Shown: positions 11,113 to 24,787, numbered from the stretch's first letter. The stretch: DNA of 64,000 nucleotides from Eledone cirrhosa (GCA_964016885.1 OZ024763.1:1054001-1118000); one strand, 5' to 3'. Notes: generated by a model not told the origin, from the letters alone. Numbers and translations are program-made.

Positions 11113-12130
11113 TTGAGATCAGAGAGTCACTACAGGAAGAGCTACTACATCTTTGAAATGAGAGATCACAGCTCTGATACTATAGACATGTGGTTAGAAT
11201 GTCTCAGGAAAGAATAACTGGACAGATTTCTTGTTCGGAGATCTGAGAATTACTCCAGGTAGAGCTGCTACTTCTCTGAATTGAGAGATCATACCTCTGA
11301 TACTATGGACATGTGGTTAGAATGTCTCGGGGAAAGAATTGCTGGACAGATTTGTAGCTCGGAGATAAGAGAGTCACTCCAGGTAGAACTGCTACTTCTC
11401 TGAATTGAGAGATCATACCTCTGATACTATGGACATGTGGTTAGAATATCTTGGGGAAAGAATTGCTGGACAGATTTGTAGTTCAGAGATCAGAGAGTCA
11501 CTCCAGGTAGAACTGCTACTTCTCTGAATTGAGAGATCATACCTCTGATACTATGGACATGTGGTTAGAATATCTTGGGGAAAGAATTGCTGGACAGATT
11601 TGTAGTTCGGAGATCAGAGAGTCACTCCAGGTAGAACTGCTACTTCTCTGAATTGAGAGATCATACCTCTGATACTATGGACATGTGGTTAGTGTCTCGG
11701 GAAAGAATTGCTGGACAGATTTGTAGCTCGGAGATGAGAGTCACTCCAGGTAGAGCTGCTACTTCTCTGAATTGAGAGATCATACCTCTGATACTATGGA
11801 CATGTGATTAGAATGTCTCGGGAAAGAATTGCTGGACAGATTTGTAGCTCGGAGATGAGAGAGTCACTCCAGGTAGAGCTGCTACTTCTCTGAATTGAGA
11901 GATCATACCTCTGATACTATGGACATGTGGTTAGAGTGTCTCAGGAAAAAAACTTCTGGACTGATTTTATGGGCAAAATCCAAGAAGACCCAAGGGTACA
12001 CCCACCCCAAGCAAAATGGTTGAATAACATCCATGAGCTTAACTGGTCTAACTTGAGAATCAGTTGGAAACAGTTTCTTCTGACAGGACCTGCAGGAAAG
12101 AATGTTTGAGGACTCTTCCCCCACGATCCT
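11113..12130 (+). repeat. ~124-bp tandem repeat (7 units) derived from an RTE-clade LINE ORF2 C-terminus, continuing into the LINE 3' remnant
   Basis: ctgctacttctctgaattgag recurs at 11265, 11389, 11513, 11637, 11756, 11879. Unit translates to VELLLL*IERSYL*YYGHVVRM, matching the RTE 'EPLLL.IERSQLRW.GH..RM' motif. Confidence 0.8.
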
Positions 12131-12364
12131 CTCAGGAATAAGTGGGCGAAGATGTTCGTTTTCTTACGTAATTGCCAAAGCTCTTTTGTCACGCATTCTG
12201 CGACCTCATCAGTGGCTATTTGTATTCTTTGTGCCGCCTCCCCGATCTGATGTTATTTTTGTCTACTCCATCTAGTCCTCTGGTGATCAAAACAGGATGG
12301 TGTAGACAAAATGTACTACTACTAATAATAAAACGAAAATAAAAATTATTGACATGACCTTCCC

Positions 12365-12403
<39 letters not shown>

Positions 12404-12837
12404 TAAAATATATGTGTGTGTATGTATCTAAATGCGAACAAATTTCACTGGCTGGGAATTCCAACCTAAATGTGTCCAACTAAAGTTGTGTAATTGTCAT
12501 TTTGTTTTTAAAGTGACAAGCCGTATACATAACACTTTCCTCGCGGGTGTACTAGAAATATGTCAAAATAGAAGAACAACCACACTTTAGTGTTTTAAAT
12601 ATAGAAAATACACATTAGATAAATGTAGTAGTACTATAAATAAAAATTGTAATGTTATAATGTTACGGGTTAAATATTATATACCCACTCTACTACCCTA
12701 AGTATTGAGTACTTTGGTGCGTTATGGTCCATCTGGTTCCTTACCACATTTCCTTCGTTATATATATATATATGATGGACTCTCCCGTCGATGTTCGACG
12801 TATGAGTGTCCAACAAAAGTTGATGTGAGAAAGTGAA

Positions 12838-13274
12838 CTGATGTTGAACTAGCCACACAAAGTTTTGTTTTAAGTCGTGAAGGCTTTTGTAGGACCAACC
12901 ACACATATCTTCGGTGTAAATATTTATATATATAAGAAACATTCGTTTTGGCTATTTCAACATGTTATCCTCGCTAATTCTAATGTCTCTATTCTGTCCT
13001 CGCAGGTCTTATATTATTTTTCCCTAATATATATATGTACGAACCCTCCGACATGCTCGACCGTAGGTCCACGCCACCTCGTGGTCCCTGCGAGGACAGA
13101 ATAGAGACATTAGGATTAGCGAGGAGAACATGTTGAAATAGCCAAAACGAATGTTTCTTATATATATAAATATTTACACCGAAGATATGTGTGGTCAGTT
13201 CAAAAAAGTGTGGTTGGTCCTACAAAAGCCTTCACCACTTAAAACAAAACTTTGTGTGGCTAGTTCAACATCAG
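12838..13274. mobile_element. Foldback/MITE-like inverted repeat (arms 12838-13006 and 13087-13274)
   Basis: ~170-bp near-perfect inverted arms around an 80-bp spacer; right arm carries a ~19-bp insertion. Confidence 0.75.
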
Positions 13275-14224
13275 ACCTGTCTTATATTGGGGCGAAACTC
13301 AGCATATAAAAATAGTTTTAACTCTATAATATTTATCCCGAAACCCCAAATATTTGAAAAATTCATCGTAAAATAATTTTTGGGGACAGAAAGATGTCCC
13401 GCACCCTACTCCGAGAAACCTGGCCCTGTGCTTAAGAACTAAGCCCAATGGTAAATCCGGCACTGAAGATATGGTTGTTTTAAATTTTTATTACTTGTGT
13501 AAAAATAAAAGCCTTGTATCATTTATTTTTTATTTATTGAGAGAAAAATAATAAGAGCTGTCTTATAATGTTTTCTTGATTATTTATTTTACCTGTCTGA
13601 TAATGAGGGGAAACACCGAATATATAAATAGTTTTAACTGTTAACCTCCTACACAGTTTGAGTTTTATATAAAGAGGCCACAGAGACCTTGCCCTTGATT
13701 TTCCGTTTTTAGATATTTGTAGTGTTGTGATTTTAAATAAATTTATTTATGATTTTTCTTTTAAATTATAGAGTTGTCTTTCATCATAAATATATTTAAT
13801 CGGTGGGACGACATTACATCTGTTAGCTAAACCTGATAACAATAGCATCCAAATCTCCATCATCCTACACAATTAACTTAGAAGATAATTAAAATGATGG
13901 GGGAAATCCCCTCCCACCAGATTCATGTAAAGGGAGAAAACTTGTGAATAACTAAATAAAAAATCAACAACAAAATTCTTGACCGGATGTAGATGTTTGC
14001 GCATGTGCTGCATCTTAGTGTGGAGATCTTTACGCTGACTCGCAGTAAAAGTTTCTCTTGTAAACACTGAATACAGCTTGTGTCATTAATGTAAGTCATT
14101 TCATGTCTATATATTTATATACACCTTTATATGTGTGTATGATGGTCTATAGTTTCTTGTTTGTATATTTAGTTGTGTGACTTTTATTTCAGTTTATCCA
14201 AGCGCGTTAAATGTATATATATAG

Positions 14225-14282
<58 letters not shown>

Positions 14283-14322
14283 TCAAAATATTAACAAAAA
14301 TAGACATTCGTGTGATCAAGTA

Positions 14323-14365
14323 TATTTTATTATACGTATTTCAGAGGTCCTCATCAGATAAAATA
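14323..14365 (-). ncRNA. Minimal type-I hammerhead ribozyme motif (family B), stem II shortened
   Basis: Reverse complement: tattttat-CTGATGA-ggacctct-GAAA-tacgta-TA^ataaaata; 8-bp stem I and palindromic stem III. Confidence 0.6.
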
Positions 14366-14520
14366 AATATATATATACATTTAAAGGTGTATATAATATT
14401 TCACTATAACCATGCTATATATATATATATATATATATAGCATGGTTATATGAAATATATATATTGTATAGTGTTTCATATATAAATACACGTGTTTCTC
14501 TCTCCCTCCACATATACGTG

Positions 14521-14562
<42 letters not shown>

Positions 14563-14566
14563 CCTG

Positions 14567-14613
<47 letters not shown>

Positions 14614-14902
14614 ATAGTGGTAGCTATGTTACTTCCGTAGGCGGTATGCCAAAATTAGCACTCAATATTCATCAGAGTAGAGTGTATATATTATCAAGAA
14701 CACGAAAAAGTGATAAAATTTGCTCCGGACATAACAGACGTGTCTGAAAGAACCCGCAGAAGTCGAATCAGCCAGATCCATACAAGGACCATGACTCGAG
14801 CTACATGCCGGCGAAACATTTGTAACACGAAATAAACTAAATCCAGATACATCACTGATTTTTCGTTTTCTTGATAATATATATATATATATATGTATGT
14901 AT

Positions 14903-15217
14903 GAGTAAAGGACAAAGACCCCCTTCGGTTACGAATGACCATGGGATTTAAGCCTGCTGGGCAAGGTCTGTTTTGTGGAAGACCATCAGTCACCCATGCT
15001 TACGAGTCTTTCCTCTCTACGCCACTGATGATGTCCAAGGGAAAGGCATTGGCCGATACAGCTTGGCGCCAGTGACGTCGCAACTCATTTCTACAGCTGA
15101 GTAAACTGGAGCAACGTGAAATAAAGTGTCTTGCTCAAGGACACAACGCAAAACTTGGTCCAAGAATCGAACTCACAACCTCACGATTGTAAGCCCGACG
15201 CTCTAACCACTAAGCCA
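14903..15217 (-). mobile_element. tRNA-derived SINE (CORE-like body)
   Basis: Minus-strand tRNA-like head (tggcttagtggttagagcgtcgggcttacaatc...gagttcgattc) followed by gtgtccttgagcaagacactttatttcac body shared with other copies. Confidence 0.8.
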
Positions 15218-16814
15218 ATATATATATATATATAAATGAAAGGTATATATATAAATGAAAGGTATATATATATGAAAGGTATATATATATATTATATATA
15301 GATTCCCAAGGTAGTAACCATGTTGCTGGAGTATATATATATATTCATGGTAAAAGCCTTATCTCATAATATGGAATCTATGAGATTTTGGTATTATTTA
15401 TTTTGAGAACAATACCTTAACATCGGTATGAGTGACCGGTTTGACCAGAATGAGGTGATAGAATTCTGACCAGATATGGCAGCAGGTTTAAATGCTAAAG
15501 GGTTAATATAGAAATGGCTGGAACTCATTCAAAATAAATCATAATGAGTTCGATTCCAACAGGCGTCCCTATTTCAAACTATGTATATAGGGTGTCCCCC
15601 CAAAATGTATACACACCTTGATTACCTGTACAGGCAATATCTTTTAGAATGCTGTTGAAGTGTGAATACATTGTATTTTAGAAAATAGTTTCGTTTTGTG
15701 TTGATGAATATATTAGGAACTAGTTTCGTTTTCTTGTTGGTTAAATCGAAACTGGGGGAAATATTTCATCATTCTTTCCAATTAGATGTTAATAAGATAT
15801 GATAGGTATTTATGGAGGAAGATGAGGAATATATTATTATTTTTACAAATAGGAATTTGAGGAGGGAAAAGAATATTTTATAAAAAATGTTTTTATACAT
15901 AAAGAAAAATGTTTATTTTTACCAAAACCGACATCTGATACATAAATGTAAGTATGCACACGTACCCATGTGTGTACACTTACATTTATATATATATATA
16001 TATATACACATACAGACCACACATAGAGCCCCCCCCCCGCCCCTCAATGTACACACTCTTTGATTAGCTATACAGGCAATATTTATTAAAATGCTGTTGA
16101 AGTGTGTATATATTTGGTGGGGGAGCGCTACTCTTTGTGTGTGTATATATATATATATATATAAACAAACACACAGGTATTCCGATTCCAGAATCAGGTT
16201 CGATCATTAATAGATCGTTCCTCGAGCTGATGGGTCATATGCAATTAAATATATATATGATGCACCACTGATTCTTTTGTTCCCTTATATATTAATACTA
16301 TATATATATTGTGTGTGTGTGTGGTTGAATAAATAAAAAACAAACACGGGGATGAAAAATTAGAAAGCCTTATTTAGGATCACACTTAGGAGGAAGTAAA
16401 AGAGGGCTCAGTTTTTAAACCCTCTTCTTCCTGTGTGGGAAAATAAAAAAAAATTTGTTCTTACATCCCTGAGTTTTACTTGTCATTTCTTGAATTATAT
16501 ATATATATACACACATATATATTCAATTAGAGAAAGTTGGTTGACTTTTAAATAACAGGTGTCAAGCACTCAACAGATTGTTTATCCGGAGTTTTATTAT
16601 AATAATAAACAAATAAAAGGGGTTAGGTTAGTACATCCCTATTTATTTTTATTATACGTTTTCGAAGGCTTTTGTATAACATTTTACCATCGTGTTTTCT
16701 TCAGATAACATGTTAAAACCATCGATATACAATCGGTGACACGTGTTCATTTCGACGACTGAAATACGTATAACAAAATAAATAAGGACGACCTAACGTA
16801 AAACCGTCTTTCTT

Positions 16815-16858
<44 letters not shown>

Positions 16859-16980
16859 TGACGAAGGACTATTTTTATTAAATGTAACCCATGTGCAACC
16901 ATGCAGTATTCTTCTTTCTTATGTTTTTATATATATATAGTCTTGATGTGGCAAGAGCTCAGCCGTCGGGGTCCCGACTC

Positions 16981-17025
<45 letters not shown>

Positions 17026-17168
17026 CCTGTGTGTATAAATAAGGAGTTAGCTTCTAATCTACGCACCACCCCCAGGCAAATAATTGGCTTCCGGTTGGGA
17101 ATGGCTTGTTATCTTGTTGACGGAATCTGGTCAACAGAAACTGCAGAATATATATATATATTTCTTAG

Positions 17169-17229
<61 letters not shown>

Positions 17230-18194
17230 TAAGAAACTAAGGGCCGCAGACACTCGCTTGGTCTTTCTGAAGACCTTGTGCTGTCCACCTCAACTTAATG
17301 TTTCTAACTATTATATGTGTATGTATATATATATATATATATGTTTATGTGTGTGTGTGTCCCGTAAATTATCGCTTATACAACTAATTACTGTGGTCGA
17401 TATGATCGACTAAATCAGACAGTTCCCCAGTATGGCACCCGTCTATCGACTGAAACTAGTAAGTGGCTGTATGTGTGTATATGTATATAATAATACTGCA
17501 ACTAGTAAAGATGTATTTATATATATATGCCCGCGAAATATATATACACATACAGACTTAAGTTAAAAAGAAACACGATACAGGCTGGAATTTGAGTACA
17601 TTTAGTGGTTTTTCTCCCCATATTTTTTACAGATATATAAGGTTATATTGTTAATATTTAAGGTTACATTGTTTTAAATAAAACACCATTGTTAATTGTA
17701 TTTAGATTAAGTCTAACTTTTTTTCTCTTCCTTCAATTCGGAAAGTATTTTATTTTCCACAAAATGAAGTCGAATCTGTCGACAAAAGACGCCTTAAATA
17801 TCGTTTTATTGTGAAATAAAGTAAAATATCCTGTTTGAAAATTATGGTATATTTGTTGTACCATTTTTTTTTAAAGTGGAATTTTCCATGTTAGCAGGGG
17901 TTGGGTGGATTTTTTGTTGGGGTAGGGGCAACGTTTTACAGCCAGATAGATGCCCTCCTGTCTGGCATTACCTGCTTTTCTTTTTTAGTTGTTTCTTTCA
18001 AAGACCAAGTCTACACCTGATATATATATATATATATATACACATATGTGTGTGTGTATATATATATAGAGAGAGAGAAAGAAAGAACTTTATACTCTAT
18101 TATCTGAGATAATTTATGATTTATAAAGAGCTCGGTCTTTCTTCCTTGAGCTTCCTGGATCATAGGGGATTTATTGTGAGTTTATAACTATATA

Positions 18195-18452
18195 TGTGTG
18201 TATACATTTTTTGAGGACGCCCTGTATACATACAGGATGTCCCCCAAAAATGTTTGCAATTTGATTAGGATGCTGTTAAAGTGTGTATACATTTTTGGGG
18301 ATATTTTATATATATATTAAATTTAAAATAATAATGAAAATATTGTGTACAGTGAGTGCACTACAACTCATTAAAAGGATGTCCCCCAAAAATGTATACA
18401 CACTGATTGGGATACTGCTGAAGTGTGTATACATTTTGGGGATTACCCTGTA
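18195..18452. mobile_element. Tc1/mariner-type MITE fragments (also ~15585-15670, 16040-16130, 21370-21475, 54190-54245)
   Basis: Termini (ta)cagg(g/a)tgtccccaaaatgtatacac ... gtgtgtatacattttggggat..ccctg(ta). Confidence 0.6.
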
Positions 18453-18473
18453 TGTATATATTTTAAATTTATA

Positions 18474-18512
<39 letters not shown>

Positions 18513-19074
18513 GGAAGCGCTGATGATTTCTCCCGAATGAAACAGTTCTAGTCCTGTAGAAGCCATTTCTATATTATATATATATATATATATAATTATT
18601 AAAATATAATTCCATCGACCTAACCGTGATCTACATGATTATAAAATCTTAAGATAATCATTTTAAAGAAAGTTTATGATGGTTGTGATGGCTACTAAAC
18701 TAAATTGTTAGTTCTACCAAAATGTCTTGGTAAATATTTTATAAGTCTTTAACTTAGCGTTTGATAATTGATGATAGTTTTCTGAACGAATGTCTTTGTT
18801 TCCTCTTTAGTAAATATATTGTAATGTTTGTTATATTATATTATTGTTTTGTATTGTATTATAATACAGTAAATTGTGGCTAGAGTGGTTAAAATGTCTA
18901 ATTTCGTGTGAAAAGCGGACGTAAAATGATGATGGATATATGTATGTGTGTGTTTATATATATATATATATATATATATGCGTGTGTGTATGTGGAGGAA
19001 TGGTCATGTTGCCAGTATAAAACAAATATATAAACGTGTGTGTATATATATGAGGTATGTCACACATCAATTTA

Positions 19075-19144
19075 TGTATTTTATCTGATGAGGACGTACT
19101 GAAACAACAACACAGTACCTCCGAAATATATATAATAAAATATA
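19075..19144 (+). ncRNA. Minimal type-I hammerhead ribozyme (family B)
   Basis: tattttat-CTGATGA-[gga.gtactg...cagtac.tcc stem II]-GAAA-tatata-TA^ataaaata; all core nucleotides and three stems present. Confidence 0.75.
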
Positions 19145-19599
19145 TTTTGATTATTTGAATGTATCCATTTATTAATATTTTGAATAATATATATATATAT
19201 ATATATATATAGGGCTTTGCTGGTAATTTCTTCCGAATTCCGAATGAAACAGTTCTAGTCCTGTAGAAGTCATTTCTATATTAAATATTTATACTCTGCT
19301 ATGTATTGAGTACCTTACTGTGGTTACCCGGGATAAACACACACATATATATATATATATAACTTTTAAACAGAATCCAACAGGTTTTTGCTTATACATT
19401 GCACGTACGATCACCACGTGCTTATTTATTGATGTGTCTATATATACACACATATATAGATGTGTGTGTGTGTGTATAAATGTATATTTCCTACAGAACT
19501 GACTTCGTTTGAAAAGAATCAGGATGATTTCATAGGGATGAAACAGTTCTAATCTTGTAGAAGTCATTCGTGTATGAACTAAAGATGTACCCTCTCTAC

Positions 19600-19641
<42 letters not shown>

Positions 19642-20039
19642 GAATAAAGTTAGTCCTTCATCAGTGATCTTCCAACCATCATTGGTATTTCATCGCTTTA
19701 CACACATATATACACGTACTCGTGTTTTTATTTTTATGATAAAATGTTTCAAATTATTTTTTAAATATCGATATCTATCGATAATTGGCTATTAATTAAT
19801 CGGATAATATTTTTGTTGTTTTAACGGTAAGGAAAACAACCTGCTATTGAATATATTTATATATGTCTGTATATGTATATACATCTATATATGTGTGTAT
19901 GAGTGCCTGTGTATATATATATATATTTTAAATATTAGACTTATTTATTTTACATTAGTCCGGAGTAACCAAACTAACCTGCGCACATCGAGTGCTACAA
20001 TCTGCAAACTGAGGTGTTGGTATACAACCAACATATACT

Positions 20040-20073
<34 letters not shown>

Positions 20074-20389
20074 CATACATAACTTTTGGCCGTCGCAATA
20101 ATGAAAGTAAATTTATTTTCATTTTCGAACGTCGTGTTTACATTTTGTGTGTGTGTTTAAACGAAACATGCTGGCGACGGAGCTTCTACTTTGCACGGCT
20201 CCATGTGTTCTCTATGAGCTGTGTGTGCACATCAGGAGGGTAGTAGAGTGGGTAATAGGAACGAGGAGGACCAAGCCGTTTCGACGACTAATTCTGGACT
20301 AAATTTAGTCCAGAATTACGACTAATTCTGGACTAAATTTAGTCCAGAATTAGCCGTCGGCTTGAGCTCAGCCGTCGGGGTCCTACTTG

Positions 20390-20435
<46 letters not shown>

Positions 20436-20671
20436 TTCAGCGAGAATCGCTTTTCGGCGGGCAGGAAAAGCGAAGCGAAACGCAAAAAATCAGAAATGAT
20501 ACTGGCAAAGTGCTCAATAGTTAAAAACCAGAGCTAAACAATGTTTTAAGCAGCCATACAAAACTGAAAAGGCAATTAACCACCCAAGCTAAACAGGTCA
20601 AAACAAAATAAATGATAAAAAATAAAACATCCGTCAACAACATGAAACGGTTGTTACATCTATATTTAGAA

Positions 20672-20715
<44 letters not shown>

Positions 20716-21704
20716 GCACGTGTGTATATATATATATATACACGCACGTGTGTATATATATATATATATACACATATATATATACACGCACGTGTGTATA
20801 TATATATATATATGAGAAAAGTAAAGGAATTATATATTATATATATAAATAAAGCTAGTATTTGACCCAGTTTTTTTTTGTTGAAAGTGTATATATGTAT
20901 ATATGCAGGATGTTCGTAGGTAAAAGGCCAAGAAAACCAATGTTCAATCTATTTAGTATAATTAAAGTTTAATACACTTAACATATATGCACGATCTTAA
21001 GTTTCGGGGTCCACTTATGGCCACCACTGTTTAAACACTCCCCTCTGATCAGGCATTAGGGCAACAGTGTATGAAACTTTAATTATACTTTATATATATA
21101 TATATGGCTTCTACAGGGCTAGAACTGTTTCATTCGGAGAGAATCATCAGATAGAGTGTGGTAAAAAAAAAACCAGGTAGCCCACAACTGACCAGGGTAT
21201 ATCAATAAACACCCGTAATTTCGTACATCCTTGTGCGGTTAACCCCTTACTATATATTAAAGTTTAAGCAAAGAATCGGTCCTCTCTCGTGTTGGTGTTA
21301 TATATATATATATAATATATATATATACACACGAGTAATATATTAGGATAATTATATATATATACACACACACTGGATGTCCGTAAAAACAATGTATACA
21401 CACTTTGGTTTCCTGTACGGGCAATATTTATTAGAATGGTGTTGATGTGTGTATACATTTTTTTGGGGAACACTATGAATGTATATATATATATATATAT
21501 ATACATACATACATACTATCCAAGTATGAACATCCCCCTCCTCTCTCGTGTTGGTGTTATAGAATGGCGCTTATGTATACACAAATAATTAAACACCTCA
21601 TAAACATACGCACGTGTAACACTGGCAGACTGACAATATATATATGAAAGGGAGAGAACATGTATTTATAGTTGTTAATAGCCGACATTATGAAATGTAG
21701 ACTA

Positions 21705-21889
21705 GGTCGGTGGATTGGCAGTATCGGTAGAGGGTCGGACGCCATGCTTTCCAGCATAGTTACGTCCCTTTACAGTCTGAGTTCAAATCCCGCCGAGGTT
21801 AACTTTGCCTTTCATCCTTACTGGGTCGATAAAATAAAGTACCAGTAATGTACTGTGTAATTGCTGGCCTTGTGCCTAAAGTAGAAACA
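21705..21889 (+). mobile_element. tRNA-derived SINE with 18-bp TSD (other copies ~26597-26795(-), 28143-28333, 34368-34550, 37054-37155, 37313-37435, 37452-37645, 47165-47360, 53275-53680(-))
   Basis: TSD attatgaaatgtagacta at 21687-21704 and 21890-21907; B-box-like gagttcaaatccc; conserved gcctttcatcct...gtcgataaaataaagtaccag body (Nin/Deu-like). Confidence 0.9.
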
Positions 21890-22360
21890 ATTATGAAATG
21901 TAGACTAAACGTTTTTAGTTACACATCTCGTTTTGAAGTCATTTCTCCTTTATAGTTTTTAAAGGTACTTTGTTGGAGTCTAGCTTTGAAAATCACCGGA
22001 TTTTATTTTTTTTTAAATGGAAAATAAAATTTTTTTTAGCTGAGAGTGTAGGTGGTGAAAATTATTGCGGGGAGGGTGGCATGCGCGGCCCTCCCCTTCC
22101 TTAGTTTTAGCTAATAAAAAAAGGTCCCGGATATTTTCTGCCAGTTTTGAAGGTCAGATTCATTTGAAAAAAAAAAAACACATACACACACACAAAAAAA
22201 AGAAACTTGGGCTAAACAATTTTCATCTCCAACTTGTGACCAAGTGGTGGGAGGGTTTGGAATGACACCCTTCCTCCCTTTTTTAGGGACTGTTCTGTTT
22301 TGATTGTTTGATCTGAAAGAAGGAGTTGTGTCCATAATCTTCCTTAGGTATATCTATATA

Positions 22361-23559
22361 TCTATATATATAAAGTTGTAGTACCTGTCTGTCTGTTTGT
22401 TTGTTTGTTCAACAACTCCTATGGTTTTGGAGATAGACCCCCATAACCATATATATTCTGAAACTATATTGCCCAGGGTACTTGGATAAGTATATTTCAT
22501 TTTAATCAAAGGGTTCCCTGGGGGCACAAGCCCCCACTGAAAATTTTTTCCCTTCGATTTATATGAAATTTAAACCATAGGTAAATGACAAGATATGATG
22601 CCTATTTACAAAATTTCAGCAAATTTTAATAATATTAAGACACCCTAATGGATGTTAAACCCCCTATAGCAGTGGTCGCCAACATGGGTTCCGCGGAACC
22701 TTGGGGTTCCGTAAAACAAACTCCGGGTTCCTTAAAAAAAAATATTTACATTACCATTAATATTTTGGGTTTTCTGAAAAAGGTGCAAAGAAAATGCCAA
22801 AGGTGCAATGTATAAATGAACGAGTACTATTGTAGTGTACACAGGTTCTCCACTCCAATTCGTGGAAAACACTACTTTCAATTTCTCACTTGAATTAGCA
22901 GAAAAATGCTGTTCTGAGTTCAATTTCACATCAATTCTTTGACTACTACTGATAATACACTAATTGAACTTAGAAATTGACCAATCACGAATAGGTAAAT
23001 GTTGGTAGGTGACAGCATAACTTTAAACTGAAAACTTCAGTTCAGCGAGGTCTCTCAGCCAAGAGACAGGGTCAGTTCGCTGTTCTCACAACGTAAGTTC
23101 ACTAAAATAAATAAATACTTTATTATTCTTTTTTGAATAGTTTTGTATTGTATAGGTTCCGGGAAGAATTCAAAATATTTAGAGGGTTCCTCGGTTTTAG
23201 AAAGGTTGGCGACCACTGCCCTATAGTGAAAATTTTGGAAGACCATAACTTTAGTATTGGAACTTTGCATTTCCAATTTGAAAATAATGCTTTATACAAA
23301 AATGAAATGATCAAGTTTTGAATTGATATTTAAAAAAAATTATTTACAAGGAGCAAAATAAGATTTAATAATGTAATTTTGATTTGATATATTACAAAAA
23401 AATAATGTTTTCCAATTTTTCATGCATTACATTTTACATTGAGTAATATTGAAATGCAGAGTTTTTCCCATAAATTATATCACTGATTTAAAATCAATCA
23501 TCATTTTCTTACAAAAAAAAAATGTGTGAAATGCAGCAACGCGCGGGTAATTCGGCTAG
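22361..23559 (+). mobile_element. Non-autonomous Helitron with nested hAT MITE
   Basis: 5' TC(TATATATATAAAG) after A; (GTCT/GTTT)n near 5' end; GC-rich subterminal segment; 3' CTAG followed by T. Confidence 0.75.
22670..23218. mobile_element. hAT (Charlie-like) non-autonomous element
   Basis: TIRs cagtggtcgccaac / gttggcgaccactg; 8-bp TSD ccctatag at 22662-22669 and 23219-23226. Confidence 0.9.
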
Positions 23560-23567
23560 TATATAAT

Positions 23568-23845
23568 TGCAAAGGTTGTGAGTTCAATTCTCAGACCGGG
23601 TGATGTGTTGTTTCCTTGAGCAAGACACTTTATTTCACATTGCTCCAGTTTACTCAGCTGTAGAAATGAGATGATAGGGACTGGGGTCCATATCATTCCA
23701 CTGCAAAGTGGTGGTCGTGGAGGTGCCACGACAAAAAAGCACCCAGCACTCACTGTAAATGAGGTTGGTGGGAAGAAGGGCATCCAGCTGTAGAAATCAA
23801 GCCAGAATCAGTTCCCGTCCCACCCTTGCAAGCAGGGAAAAAGCG
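23568..23845 (+). mobile_element. tRNA-derived SINE with RTE-type 3' tail (5'-truncated; family of 63318-63663)
   Basis: Near-identical to 63350-63660. Confidence 0.85.
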
Positions 23846-24542
23846 GACGTAAAATGAAATGATATATGACCAACACAACCACGGATTACACACCATCGGC
23901 CATCGTTCCCACTATCAACTCCATTACAAGGAAAATATCCAGCATCTCACCACACCCTCTACGAAATTACCTTAGGAACTTACCCACGGACATACACCCA
24001 CAAACATTTTTTTCCGAACCACATACCACCTACATCCACAATACGTATAAACACACATGCGTACCCCCACATATACACACACTCAGCTTCCGGAATCCTC
24101 CTCATCCACACGCGCACTCACACACCGACCTACACCCACCCCACGCACCTTTTCCTGAACATGGAACCTCGTTCTTCCCCCAACTCTCACACACACACAT
24201 ATACACCACCTTCAGCCCTCTCCGCTCGGACACCACGCCTCCCTCTCCTCACTCCACCCGCTGCCACCCCTACACGCGTCACACCCTTCCACCACTTGTT
24301 TATCTTCATGTTTATTTTTATTTTTTTTATATTTATTTTTATTTGTGCCCCTTCAACCACCCCCCCTTTTTTTCCCTCTAAATGTCTCCTCCACTCCCCT
24401 ACACACCCTCGGAACTCTCTTCCCACACACTTTTCACCTGAAGAAGGGCTTATGCCGAAACGTCCCCCCCCCCACTCTCAAGAGCGTGAAACTAATAAAC
24501 CTTAGTTCGTACTGCCTCTCTGTTTTGTTCCCGTTCCATTTT

Positions 24543-24574
<32 letters not shown>

Positions 24575-24590
24575 AGTTTTAATATAGATG

Positions 24591-24641
24591 AGATTCTACA
24601 GGACTAGAACTGTTTCATTCTTTAGAAATCATCAGGAATCT
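24591..24641 (-). ncRNA. Type-I hammerhead ribozyme (family A), inverted copy
   Basis: Exact reverse complement of 24788-24838. Confidence 0.75.
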
Positions 24642-24787
24642 GGGTATCAAAAAATAAATATGGTATTTATAGGTCTCTACAAGTGGTGGGATGGGTGTAG
24701 GTCATTGGTTGATAGAAAAGGAATTCATTAAAAGCTAATTCTACAAAGCTATAGTTTATTTTTATTAATTTTTGTTTTTTGATACCC

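Noticed and set aside
20100-20520. Candidate Piwi promoter or 5' non-coding exon (CpG-richer segment)
   Set aside because: No decisive donor or TSS evidence, and partly repeat-derived
23866-24381. 171-aa P/H/T-rich ORF as a host gene
   Set aside because: Low complexity, and ends near a hammerhead-like motif; more likely a retroelement 3' remnant
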